From positions 2,131,908 to 2,195,907 of the forward strand of contig CBDCXV010000011.1 in the NCBI GenBank assembly GCA_965223905.1: 64,000 bases of DNA, in the 5' to 3' direction. The translations under genes and the position numbers were made by a program. This DNA is from Candidatus Latescibacterota bacterium (GTDB lineage Bacteria; Latescibacterota; UBA2968; UBA8231). The notes under the pieces were generated by a model. That model worked only from the letters and a program-made list of their open reading frames with translations, did no database searches and had not been told where the DNA came from. Within the stretch, counting starts at the first letter, position 1; each line of letters starts with the position of its first letter. Below, piece by piece: positions 1-8,486 of the stretch.

Positions 1-1
1 G

Positions 2-1339
2 GACAATCCGTTTCTTGAACGGGCCCTTCAGAACGACACCATATTTGCAGACATCCAGGACCGCGTCAGGGAATTGAGTCTGACCCACTTCGATCCGGAA
101 TATCTTTTCGCGCTGATAGACAGCCTTCAGGCGCTACTGGCCCCGAGTGTCGCACTTGACAGGACGGACGATGTTGCAGACCTGGCACAGTGGAGGAGGC
201 AGATAAATTCCGAGCGCGGCTACATACAGTCGCGCGCTTCCCGCCTCCAGGAGCAATTCGAGAAATGGCCTTCCCCTTTCCAGACCCTGGGACTGCGTTG
301 GATCGAGGAAACTCCCTGGTTGGTCTGGCAAACCTCGGACAAATCCACCACCTACACCCTGAAGTACGGCAAGGAGCGCACGCTCCCCGAGGACGGAACC
401 CGGACAATTGAAGGCTTGACCGACACCGCTTACGCCCTTCAGTCGGACCTACCCTCCGGGAAGTATTTCTGGAATGTAGAAGCCTTCAACAGCTACGGGT
501 CCTTCGAGGCTTTCGACAGCAAAGCCACTTTCGTTTTTACGAAACACCTGAGGGAGAGAACACCCGAAACCGACGATGTCGTAATTATCAACGAATTGAA
601 CTATCGCTCCGCCGATGATTTCGACGCTGGTGACTGGATAGAGTTGTACAACCCTCAGAATCGGACAATCGATGTTTCCGGGTGGTATCTCAAGGATAAC
701 CGGGACGACCATACTTTCTTTATCCCCAATTCCACCTATATCGGCAGAAATACCTATCTCGTTTTGTGCCAAAACAGGGACGATTTTCTGGCTCTATTCC
801 CCAAGATCCGTACCTGCGCTGGAGACTGGGATTTTGGGCTGGATCGCGCCTCCGAATCAGTCAGGGTCTTTGATTCCAACGGGACGTTGGTCGATTTCGT
901 TGCTTACCGAAACGAACTTCCCTGGCCTGTCGAGGCTGACGGGACAGGCTCAACTCTTCAGCTTATCAAGGCTGAATCGGACAATCGGTCGGCAGCAAAC
1001 TGGGGGGCATCCTCCCGGCACGGGTCTCCGGGGGAGGCCAATGATCCAATCCGTCTCCCAGCAGGGGAAGCCATGAGCAGTTACCCGAATCCCTTTAATG
1101 AGGCCACCACCATTTCTTTTTTCCTTTTTGAAGGAGCCCTGTGTTCCTTGACTATTTTCGACATTCGAGGGGCCCAGATCATCAAGTTGTTGGACGAATG
1201 GAGACCCTCGGGTTTTCACCAAGTGATCTGGGATGGGAACAATCAAAAAAACAATCGTGTAGCAAGCGGCGTGTACATTGCTCACCTGAAAGGTCCTGAG
1301 GGAATTGGCGAGGCCCAAAAGATTGTCCTGCTCAGGTAG
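2..1339 (+). CDS. Secreted multidomain protein, 5'-truncated by window: probable CotH-kinase C-terminal part, Ig/FN3-like domain, lamin-tail domain (LTD), C-terminal FlgD-Ig/T9SS-like sorting domain
   Basis: Frame open from position 2. LTD motif VIINELNY...DWIELYN...IDVSGWYLKD. C-terminus SYPNPFN...WDGNN...VASGVY...KIVLLR. Lower GC than the downstream core. Confidence 0.75.
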   Translation, partial: DNPFLERALQNDTIFADIQDRVRELSLTHFDPEYLFALIDSLQALLAPSVALDRTDDVADLAQWRRQINSERGYIQSRASRLQEQFEKWPSPFQTLGLRWIEETPWLVWQTSDKSTTYTLKYGKERTLPEDGTRTIEGLTDTAYALQSDLPSGKYFWNVEAFNSYGSFEAFDSKATFVFTKHLRERTPETDDVVIINELNYRSADDFDAGDWIELYNPQNRTIDVSGWYLKDNRDDHTFFIPNSTYIGRNTYLVLCQNRDDFLALFPKIRTCAGDWDFGLDRASESVRVFDSNGTLVDFVAYRNELPWPVEADGTGSTLQLIKAESDNRSAANWGASSRHGSPGEANDPIRLPAGEAMSSYPNPFNEATTISFFLFEGALCSLTIFDIRGAQIIKLLDEWRPSGFHQVIWDGNNQKNNRVASGVYIAHLKGPEGIGEAQKIVLLR

Positions 1340-1651
1340 TCCGCTGAGCAACATGTAGGGTGCTTGTGTTTCACAGAAAAAAGCCTGGCTTCCTTACCTG
1401 CGAGTTCGCGGGGCTGGGAGAGTTTCGCACCTGTTTCAGTTTGCAGAGTGCAGCTGAAAATGGGAGAACGCCTCCGGCTACCGAGTACCACCGGGACGCG
1501 AAAGGGTTAAACCTCGAACGCTGATACAGCCCTTTCGTGAGGGGCACTTCAGGATGCTGGTGCATCCGTGCCGGCAGGTGCCACGGTTCTCAAAAATGGT
1601 ATGGCTTGAGTTCTGCGTGTATGCACTGCTGGGGGTAGCGGTGCTGATTGA

Positions 1652-1728
1652 TGGTGGGCGATGCCGGGCTCGAACCAGCGACCCCCTGCTTGTAAGGCAG
1701 GTGCTCTGACCAACTGAGCTAATCGCCC
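1652..1728 (-). tRNA. tRNA-Val (anticodon UAC), CCA encoded
   Basis: Reverse complement GGGCGATTAGCTCAGTTGGTCAGAGCACCTGCCTTACAAGCAGGGGGTCGCTGGTTCGAGCCCGGCATCGCCCACCA folds as a cloverleaf with TAC anticodon and TTCGA T-loop. Confidence 0.97.
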
Positions 1729-1829
1729 CCGGCAGAAGAAGGTAGCGGCTCATCCCGAGGGGGGCAAAGGTCCGCCCGCAGAGCTCTCCCTCCTCCGTCC
1801 GCCCCTGGCAACCTCCCGGCGGGTGAAAA

Positions 1830-1859
1830 TTGACCGTCCCCAACCCGCCGGGTTATATT
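1830..1859 (+). promoter_or_regulatory. Putative sigma70 promoter for the tyrS leader
   Basis: TTGACC-N18-TATATT, with an inverted repeat CCCGGCGGGT...ACCCGCCGGG around the -35 box. Confidence 0.55.
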
Positions 1860-1895
1860 CGGCTATCCTGTTAATCAAAATTGGCAACTGATTGC

Positions 1896-1937
1896 ATGAC
1901 ACGACGCGTTCACAGCGAGTATCGCTATACCCCCTGA
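1896..1937 (+). CDS. Putative tyrS leader peptide MTRRVHSEYRYTP (two Tyr codons)
   Basis: ATG ACA CGA CGC GTT CAC AGC GAG TAT CGC TAT ACC CCC TGA. The Tyr codons lie at and within the 5' strand of the first attenuator hairpin. Confidence 0.7.
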   Translation: MTRRVHSEYRYTP

Positions 1938-1971
1938 AGGGGCTAGCGCCGCGTTGCGTCCAGCGTGTTCG

Positions 1972-2005
1972 AGCCCCCGATAACGCTTCGGGGGGCTTTT
2001 TCTTT
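1972..2005 (+). terminator. Rho-independent terminator (attenuator 3:4 hairpin) upstream of tyrS
   Basis: AGCCCCCGA-taacgct-TCGGGGGGCT followed by TTTTCTTT, about 30 nt before the tyrS ATG. Confidence 0.8.
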
Positions 2006-2035
2006 GTACGCCAACCAACGGCATCCAGGCGGCTT

Positions 2036-3283
2036 ATGAACATTCTCGATGATCTTCAGAACCGGGGGCTCGTCTACCAGGTCACCGACGGCCTCGAAGA
2101 GCGGCTGCGGCAGTCCGCGCCGCTGACCGTGTACGCCGGCTTCGATCCGACGGCCGACAGCCTCCAGATCGGCAACCTCGTCACCGCGCTGCTGCTGCGG
2201 CGTTTCCAGCAAGCCGGACACGTGCCGATCGCCCTGGTCGGCGGCGGCACCGGTCTCATAGGGGATCCGGGCGGCAGGTCGGAGGAGCGCGCCCTCAATC
2301 CCGCCGAAACCGTGGCGGCGTGGGCGGAGAAGATCAGGGCCCAGCTCGAGCCCTACCTCGACTTCAATTCGCGCACAAACCCCGCGATCCTCGTCAACAA
2401 CTACGACTGGCTCGGAAAGGTCGGGGCCATCGACCTGATGCGGGACGTCGGCAAGCACTTCCCGGTCCCCTACATGCTCGCCAAGGACTCGGTCGCCTCC
2501 CGTCTCGAGGTGGGGATCTCCTACACCGAGTTCAGCTACATGGTGCTGCAGGCCTTCGACTTCCTCGAGCTGAACGAGCGCTACGGCTGCGAGGCGCAGC
2601 TCGGCGGCAGCGACCAGTGGGGGAACATCACCGCCGGGGTCGACCTGATCCGGCGCTCCGCGGGGCGCCGGGCCTACGGCCTCACCAACCCCCTGGTCAC
2701 CAAGGCGGACGGCAGCAAGTTCGGCAAGACCGAGGGCAATACCGTATGGCTCGACGGCTCCCTCACCTCGCCCTACGAGTTCTACCAGTTCTGGATCAAC
2801 GCCGACGACGCCAGCGCCCTGAACTACCTGAAGGTCTTCACCTTTCTCGGGGGGGACGAGATCGAGGCGCTCGCGCAGGCGACCGCGGAGAACCCGGGCC
2901 GGCGGGAAGCCCAGCGCGTGCTGGCCCGGGAGGTGACGGCGCTGGCGCACGGGCCCGACGCGGCCGCCAAGGCCGGGAAGATCTCCACGGCCCTGTTCTA
3001 CGGGGATCTCGGCGAGCTCGAGGAGGACGAAATCGAGCTGGGGTTTCACGACGTCCCGACCTACCGGATGAGCGAGCCGGAGCTCGGGCTCGTCGATCTC
3101 CTGGTCGCGGCCGGGATCTCGCCGTCGAAACGGCAGGCGCGCCAGGACATCGGCAGCGGCGCCATCTACGTCAACGGCGAGCGCTGCACCGAGCTCGACC
3201 GCCTCATGCGCACCCGCGACGGCCTGCACGGGAAATACCTCGTCCTGCGCCGCGGCAAGAGCAAGTACTTCCTGATCAGATAA
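2036..3283 (+). CDS. tyrS: Tyrosine--tRNA ligase
   Basis: YAGFDPTADSLQIGN (HIGH-like), QLGGSDQWGNI, KFGKT (KMSKS-like), C-terminal S4 domain. Start moved from 1892 to MNILDDL at 2036. Confidence 0.97.
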   Translation: MNILDDLQNRGLVYQVTDGLEERLRQSAPLTVYAGFDPTADSLQIGNLVTALLLRRFQQAGHVPIALVGGGTGLIGDPGGRSEERALNPAETVAAWAEKIRAQLEPYLDFNSRTNPAILVNNYDWLGKVGAIDLMRDVGKHFPVPYMLAKDSVASRLEVGISYTEFSYMVLQAFDFLELNERYGCEAQLGGSDQWGNITAGVDLIRRSAGRRAYGLTNPLVTKADGSKFGKTEGNTVWLDGSLTSPYEFYQFWINADDASALNYLKVFTFLGGDEIEALAQATAENPGRREAQRVLAREVTALAHGPDAAAKAGKISTALFYGDLGELEEDEIELGFHDVPTYRMSEPELGLVDLLVAAGISPSKRQARQDIGSGAIYVNGERCTELDRLMRTRDGLHGKYLVLRRGKSKYFLIR

Positions 3284-3292
3284 GGCAGCGGC

Positions 3293-3322
3293 CGCGGAAA
3301 CGGGAGAAGGACCCGTTCCGCG
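3293..3322. terminator. GC-rich hairpin between convergent tyrS and guaA
   Basis: CGCGGAAACGGG...CCCGTTCCGCG inverted repeat; no canonical U-tract on either strand. Confidence 0.35.
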
Positions 3323-3349
3323 AAAACGACCGCGGCCGGCCGGCCCGCC

Positions 3350-5167
3350 TCATTCCCACTCGACGGTGGCCGGCGGCTTGTGGGTGATGTCGTAGTAGAC
3401 GGCCTCGATCCCGTCGAGGTCGAGCAGCTTTCCGGTTACCTCTGCCAGGAAGGCCTCCGAAAGGCGATCGAAGCGGGCGGTCATGAAGTCGTCGGTGGTG
3501 ACCGGGCGCAGCACGATGCTCTCGCCGCGCCCGTCCGAAGAGAGCGGTACCAGCACCGCCGGCATCTGCGTCACCGCGGCCATCAGCCCGTGGCGCTCCA
3601 GGGCTTCCATGGCGATCGCGTCCGCCTCCCGCAGCAGGTCGAGCCGCTCCCGCGTCAGGTACCCCTCCTTGAGGCGCTGATCCAGTCTTCGTTCCGGTCC
3701 GAGCTGCAGGACGACGCGGTTCACCTGCGGCAGCCTGTTCGTCAGCTCCGTGCTCAGCCGCTCCAGTAGGTCCCAGTCGATGGCCGCCGGGGCCGCCCCG
3801 GGGCCGGAGATCCGCACCGGGTGGGCGTAGCTGCGGCCGTCTCCCTGAACGCCGACGCTGCGCAGCGGCAGCAGGTCCGCGGTGAGGCCGGAGGCCACCG
3901 CTTCGGCCGCGACCTCGCCGGGCACCTGCGCCCCCGCGGCGCCGTCCGCCTCCCCGTCGCTGCACAGCACCCGCACCGCGAGGCCGGGTCCGGGGAACGG
4001 GTGGCGCCAGACCAGGCGGCGCGGCAGCCCGAGCTTCTCTCCCAGCTCCCGCACCTCGTCCTTGTACAGGTCGCCGAGGGGCTCGACGATCTTTCCTTCG
4101 GCGAGCAGCTGCTCGACGACGGGGACGCGGTTGTGGTGGGTCTTGATGGTCTCGGCGTGGTCCGTCCCGCCCGACTCGATGCGGTCGGTGTAGAGGGTCC
4201 CCTGCCCCAGCAGCCACTCCTCGGGATCGAGGGCGAGCTCTTCGAGGGCGCGGTCGCGGGTGCGGATGAACTCGTCGCCGATGCGCAGGCGCTTGACCTC
4301 CGGATCGCTGACCCCGGCGACCGCGGCGAGGAACTCCCGGCCGGCGTCGACGACCTTGAGGTTCTCGAACCCGGATTCCCGCATCAGCTCCGCGACCGTT
4401 GCGGTCTCGTTCTTGCGCATGAAGCCGTTGTCGATGTGCAGGCCGAGCACGCGGTCGCTGCCCAGGGCCCTGTTGAGGAGCAGGAAGCAGACGCTCGAAT
4501 CGACGCCGCCGCTGACGAACAGGAACAGCTTGCGGCCGGCGCAGCGCTCTCGCAGCGAGGCCACCGACTCGCCGATGAAGTTCTCCATCGTCCAGGTGCG
4601 CTCGCACCCGCACAGGTCGAGGAAGTTGTCGAGAATCCGCATCCCCGACTCGGTGTGGGTGACCTCGGGGTGGAACTGCATGCCCCAGATGCGGCGTTCC
4701 CGGTCCCCCATCGCCGCCACCGGACAGTCCTCGGTCTCGCCGAGGCGCTCGAATCCCGGCGGCATTTCCGCGACCGTGTCGCGGTGGCTCATCCAGATGC
4801 TTTCCACCGGCGCCAGGCCGCGCAGCACCCCGGTCGGCGAGTGCACGCGCAGCGACGCCGCGCCGAACTCCATCCTGTCGCCCGGTTCGACCCGCCCTCC
4901 GAGGTGGTGGCAGAGCAGCTGGTGGCCGTAGCAGAGTCCCAGCAGCGGCAGGCCGCAGGAGGCGATCTCCGGATCGAACGGCGGCCGGTCCTCGGCGTAC
5001 ACGCTCGCCGGCCCCCCGGACAGGACGATGCCGCGGGCGCGCCGAAGGCGGTCGGGGGGCGTGTCCGGAGGGAGGGTCTCTGCGTAGACGTTGAGGCGGC
5101 GGATGCGGTTGGCGATCAGGTGGGCGTACTGACCACCGAAGTCGAGGACGGCGATGCCGGGGTTCAC
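3350..5167 (-). CDS. guaA: GMP synthase (glutamine-hydrolysing), long form
   Basis: IAVLDFGGQY, GLCYGHQL, QFHPEV, SGGVDS, IKTHHN, RHPFPGPGL, KPPATVEWE. GTG start with GGGGAG upstream. Confidence 0.95.
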   Translation of the reverse strand: MNPGIAVLDFGGQYAHLIANRIRRLNVYAETLPPDTPPDRLRRARGIVLSGGPASVYAEDRPPFDPEIASCGLPLLGLCYGHQLLCHHLGGRVEPGDRMEFGAASLRVHSPTGVLRGLAPVESIWMSHRDTVAEMPPGFERLGETEDCPVAAMGDRERRIWGMQFHPEVTHTESGMRILDNFLDLCGCERTWTMENFIGESVASLRERCAGRKLFLFVSGGVDSSVCFLLLNRALGSDRVLGLHIDNGFMRKNETATVAELMRESGFENLKVVDAGREFLAAVAGVSDPEVKRLRIGDEFIRTRDRALEELALDPEEWLLGQGTLYTDRIESGGTDHAETIKTHHNRVPVVEQLLAEGKIVEPLGDLYKDEVRELGEKLGLPRRLVWRHPFPGPGLAVRVLCSDGEADGAAGAQVPGEVAAEAVASGLTADLLPLRSVGVQGDGRSYAHPVRISGPGAAPAAIDWDLLERLSTELTNRLPQVNRVVLQLGPERRLDQRLKEGYLTRERLDLLREADAIAMEALERHGLMAAVTQMPAVLVPLSSDGRGESIVLRPVTTDDFMTARFDRLSEAFLAEVTGKLLDLDGIEAVYYDITHKPPATVEWE

Positions 5168-5371
5168 GGCGTGCTCCCCCGGGGAGAGGGTGGCTGTCGA
5201 AACGTGGGGAGAGGCCGGAATATAGCTCCGGCGGACCGCGGTGCAACCGCTCGATACCGCGGGGCGCGTCTGCTGTCGAGTCCGCACGGAAAACACCCGG
5301 GCCAGCCTGGCCCGGTATGGTTGCCGACAGGCGACCCCGTCCGAAAAAGGCTCGACGGTCGCCGCCAGGCC

Positions 5372-8116
5372 TCACCGGACCAGGGTCATCTTCCGCCTCA
5401 GGACCAGCGCCCCGACCCTGAACTGGCAGTAGTACACCCCGGACCCCGCCCGGTACCCGGACTCGTCGGTACCGTCCCAGACCGCATCGTAGATCCCCGG
5501 GGCGGCCCGAGCCCTGGCGAGGCGGCGCACCAGGCCGCCGGTCAGGTTGCGCACCTCCAGGGACATCTCCGACTGGTGCGACAGCGACGCGTGGAGGATG
5601 CCGACGGAATAACGGATCCGGGTCGAAGCGTTGAACGGGTTGGGGAAATTCTGCTTCAGCTCGAAGGCGACCGGCACGCGGGGATCGAAGTTCAGCCAGG
5701 GGCGCCAGGCGACCGGGCCGGAAATACGCTCGGCGATCCAGGTTTCGTCGTCCCTTCCCCACCAGTTGTTGTCGGCCAGCAGCTCCAGCGACGACTCGTT
5801 GTCGATCAGCCGGGTCGCCCCTTCCACGGCGTTGAGCTCGAGACGTTCGGGCAGGCGAAGACCGGAGACCTGGAATACCAGTTCGTTGTCGGCGAAGTAG
5901 TTGTCGACGATGCTGAGCCCGGCGCTTTTTGCGACCACGGCGACGCGGTGGCGCTCGAAGTGGTTCTGCTCGATCAGGACCTCCTCGGAGCCGATGCCGA
6001 GAACCCCCGTGCCCCCGGAAAAGCGATTGCCGCTTACCTGGCCGCGGGTGAGCCGGCCCAGGAGGAGATTGGCCGCATCCGGCGCCTCCGATCCGTTTCC
6101 CTCGAATTCATTGTCCAGGCAGGTGAGCGGGCCTCCGACCCGCACCAAGCCGCTGGCGGCGCTGTCCTCGATGCGGCTGTCCGCGACCACCACGCTTCGG
6201 GCCCATCCCGTGACTACGACGCCGTTGGCGCCGGCGTTGCGAACCAGCAGGCCCTCGAAGCTGATCGGGGCGTTTTCGGAGTTGATCCGCACCCCGTTTG
6301 CGGCCGTGTTGGAAATCGTCACGCTGTCGAGGGCCAGGCGCCTGTGCAAGCTTTCCGACGAGATCGCCTCGGTGGCGAAGTCGATGTCGCATTCCCGCAA
6401 GGTGACGCTTCCGGAAGAAAGGATGTCGAATCCTCTCCAGTCCCCTGGCCCCGGCCGGGGACCGGCCGGAATGATGCGGCTGCGACGGCCCCCGGAGCGA
6501 GAGACGAAATCCCCCAGGACGACGATCTCGCAGTGGTCGGGATCTCTCCCGCCGCGGCGCTGGTCCTCCGTCACCAGCACCGTCGTACCGTTCAGCATTG
6601 TCACCGTCACCTCCGGTCCGACGGTGAGGTCGCCGACCAGCTCCATGGTGTCGGCCCATACGTCCCGCGCAGCGATGATCCCGGCGCGCCTGCGGTCGTT
6701 CAACTGCACGTCGGCGACCATGGCCTCCCCCTCGCGGCGGATGTTCGAGATGCTGATCCCCCTCGGTGCCGCAGGATTGGAGATGACCGAGAAATCGGTA
6801 AAGACCGTGCCGTCGAAGACGTCGGTGGCGTCGCCGAAATTGCCGCCGTAGCGGGTGCTGTACTCTTCGTCGCGGGACCAGAAATCGAGGTTGTCCCGGC
6901 CGACTTCGTACCCCTTCTCCCTGCCGGCGGGATACCCGGCGTCGCGGTAGAGTCCGTCGGCGCAGACGAGGTCCACCTTCTTCCACTCTTCGTCATTGTT
7001 GAGGAACGCGTGCTCGTCTATTTCCCAGATCAGCAGGCCCTCCGCTGGCAGGTTGCGGTCGTAGTAGCTGTTGGCGCGGCCGCGGTGCTCGACGAGGAGG
7101 TAGCGGGACTCGGTCACCGGTATCAGGACGACGTCGCCGCCGGCGTTCACGTCCTCGAAGACCAGGCCCCTGGCATCGGAATCGAGGCGGCGCAGGCGGC
7201 TGTTCGCCACGCCGAGCCAGCCCAGCTTCGCCAGGCTCCAGGCAGACAGCGGGTTCGGCCCGCCGCCCCCCCAGCCCAGGGCCCCGTGGCCCATCAGGCC
7301 CCAGTTGCCGATCCCGGCCGAGTCATCGGCAGGACGGACCTCCTGGCTCGCCCGGATGAGGTCGGTATCGTAGAGATCCGGAAGCCCGAGGGTGTGGACG
7401 AACTCGTGGCACATGCTGCCCGTGGCCGCGGCGAAGTGCACGCCCTGCTGCGTCACCCCGTTCTCTATGCGGATGAACCCCCCGCCCGCGCCGCGGTCGT
7501 CGGTCCAGAAGGAGCGCCCCGCCCACCCTAGGGTGGCGACGCCGGTGGCGTTCCTGATGATGAAGCCCGGCGGCGTCGAGCGGGCGATCACGAACAGGAA
7601 ATCGACGATGCCGTCGTCGTCACCGGAGTCGGGCACCCCGTCGGGGCCGTCGTTGTCGTAGCGGCTGTAGTCGATCTCCTTGTCGGAGGCGGCGAGCAAC
7701 TCGGCGACGTACTCGGCGTAAAGACCCGGCTCCCCTTCGACCGGGCTGAGATAGGCCGAGGCCGGTCCGGCCGCGGAGTACTCAGTGGGCAGGACGGAGC
7801 CGGTGATCTCGTACTGGCCCCGCGACATCTCGATGAAGAAGTGGGTGAGGCTTCCTGGGCGGCCGGGATCGAAGAGATCTTCGGCGAAGGCGGGAGGGGC
7901 GTTGCCGGCGCGGGCTTTCTCGTCGGCGAAGCGGCCGAACAGGGCGACCGCATGGACTCTGCCGGTAACCGGAGCCGCGTCCAGGATCCCCTGCGCCGGT
8001 TTGGCGGCGGCGTGGGCGCACTGGAATCCGGCCTCGACAGCCGGCGCCCCGGTCTGCCCGCCGAGCAACAGGACGGCGAGAATGCCGCCTTCCGCGAGCG
8101 GGAAGCGGCGCATCAT
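5372..8116 (-). CDS. Secreted M6-family (immune inhibitor A-like) metalloprotease with beta-helix and FlgD-Ig C-terminal domain
   Basis: Signal peptide; HEFVHTLGLPDLYD (HExxHxxGxxD); WGLMGHG Met-turn; DNDGPDG..DDDG Ca-type motif; QNFPNPFN...KMTLVR. Confidence 0.85.
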   Translation of the reverse strand: MMRRFPLAEGGILAVLLLGGQTGAPAVEAGFQCAHAAAKPAQGILDAAPVTGRVHAVALFGRFADEKARAGNAPPAFAEDLFDPGRPGSLTHFFIEMSRGQYEITGSVLPTEYSAAGPASAYLSPVEGEPGLYAEYVAELLAASDKEIDYSRYDNDGPDGVPDSGDDDGIVDFLFVIARSTPPGFIIRNATGVATLGWAGRSFWTDDRGAGGGFIRIENGVTQQGVHFAAATGSMCHEFVHTLGLPDLYDTDLIRASQEVRPADDSAGIGNWGLMGHGALGWGGGGPNPLSAWSLAKLGWLGVANSRLRRLDSDARGLVFEDVNAGGDVVLIPVTESRYLLVEHRGRANSYYDRNLPAEGLLIWEIDEHAFLNNDEEWKKVDLVCADGLYRDAGYPAGREKGYEVGRDNLDFWSRDEEYSTRYGGNFGDATDVFDGTVFTDFSVISNPAAPRGISISNIRREGEAMVADVQLNDRRRAGIIAARDVWADTMELVGDLTVGPEVTVTMLNGTTVLVTEDQRRGGRDPDHCEIVVLGDFVSRSGGRRSRIIPAGPRPGPGDWRGFDILSSGSVTLRECDIDFATEAISSESLHRRLALDSVTISNTAANGVRINSENAPISFEGLLVRNAGANGVVVTGWARSVVVADSRIEDSAASGLVRVGGPLTCLDNEFEGNGSEAPDAANLLLGRLTRGQVSGNRFSGGTGVLGIGSEEVLIEQNHFERHRVAVVAKSAGLSIVDNYFADNELVFQVSGLRLPERLELNAVEGATRLIDNESSLELLADNNWWGRDDETWIAERISGPVAWRPWLNFDPRVPVAFELKQNFPNPFNASTRIRYSVGILHASLSHQSEMSLEVRNLTGGLVRRLARARAAPGIYDAVWDGTDESGYRAGSGVYYCQFRVGALVLRRKMTLVR

Positions 8117-8486
8117 CGCACCGCGGGATCGGCGTTGTGCCGTTTGCGCCCTGGTATCATCCAAGTTTCCGGGTAGGGCTGACAGTTCCTGCACGCACCA
8201 TTCCACGTGAATTCGATTCGGGCTGCGGTCCGGCGCGCAGGCATCGGCGCTCGAAAAGCCGGGACAATTGGCGATTTGCGGCCGTCGAGGGCCTCCCGGG
8301 TTCCCGGGTTTGAGGGGCCGCTGCTGGAACCATCCCGCCCGGTCCGGGTCCGTCCGCCGGGCCCCGTCATCTATTCGACGATTCGAGGAAGGTCGGGTTT
8401 CTCAGATCGGCAAAGCCAGGCCGGTGCTGCCGCCCGAAAGTCAGCGAAAAGGTAACTCGGCGTACCGGAGAGCGCCTTCGACCTCG

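Noticed and set aside
1860-2035. T-box riboswitch upstream of tyrS
   Set aside because: No GGTGGNACC T-box motif or long stem I; leader-peptide geometry fits better.
3821-7531. Long antisense and shadow ORFs (also 30836..33340, 19132..21591, 3276..5762 and others)
   Set aside because: Typical stop-poor shadows of real genes in high-GC DNA; no recognisable motifs.
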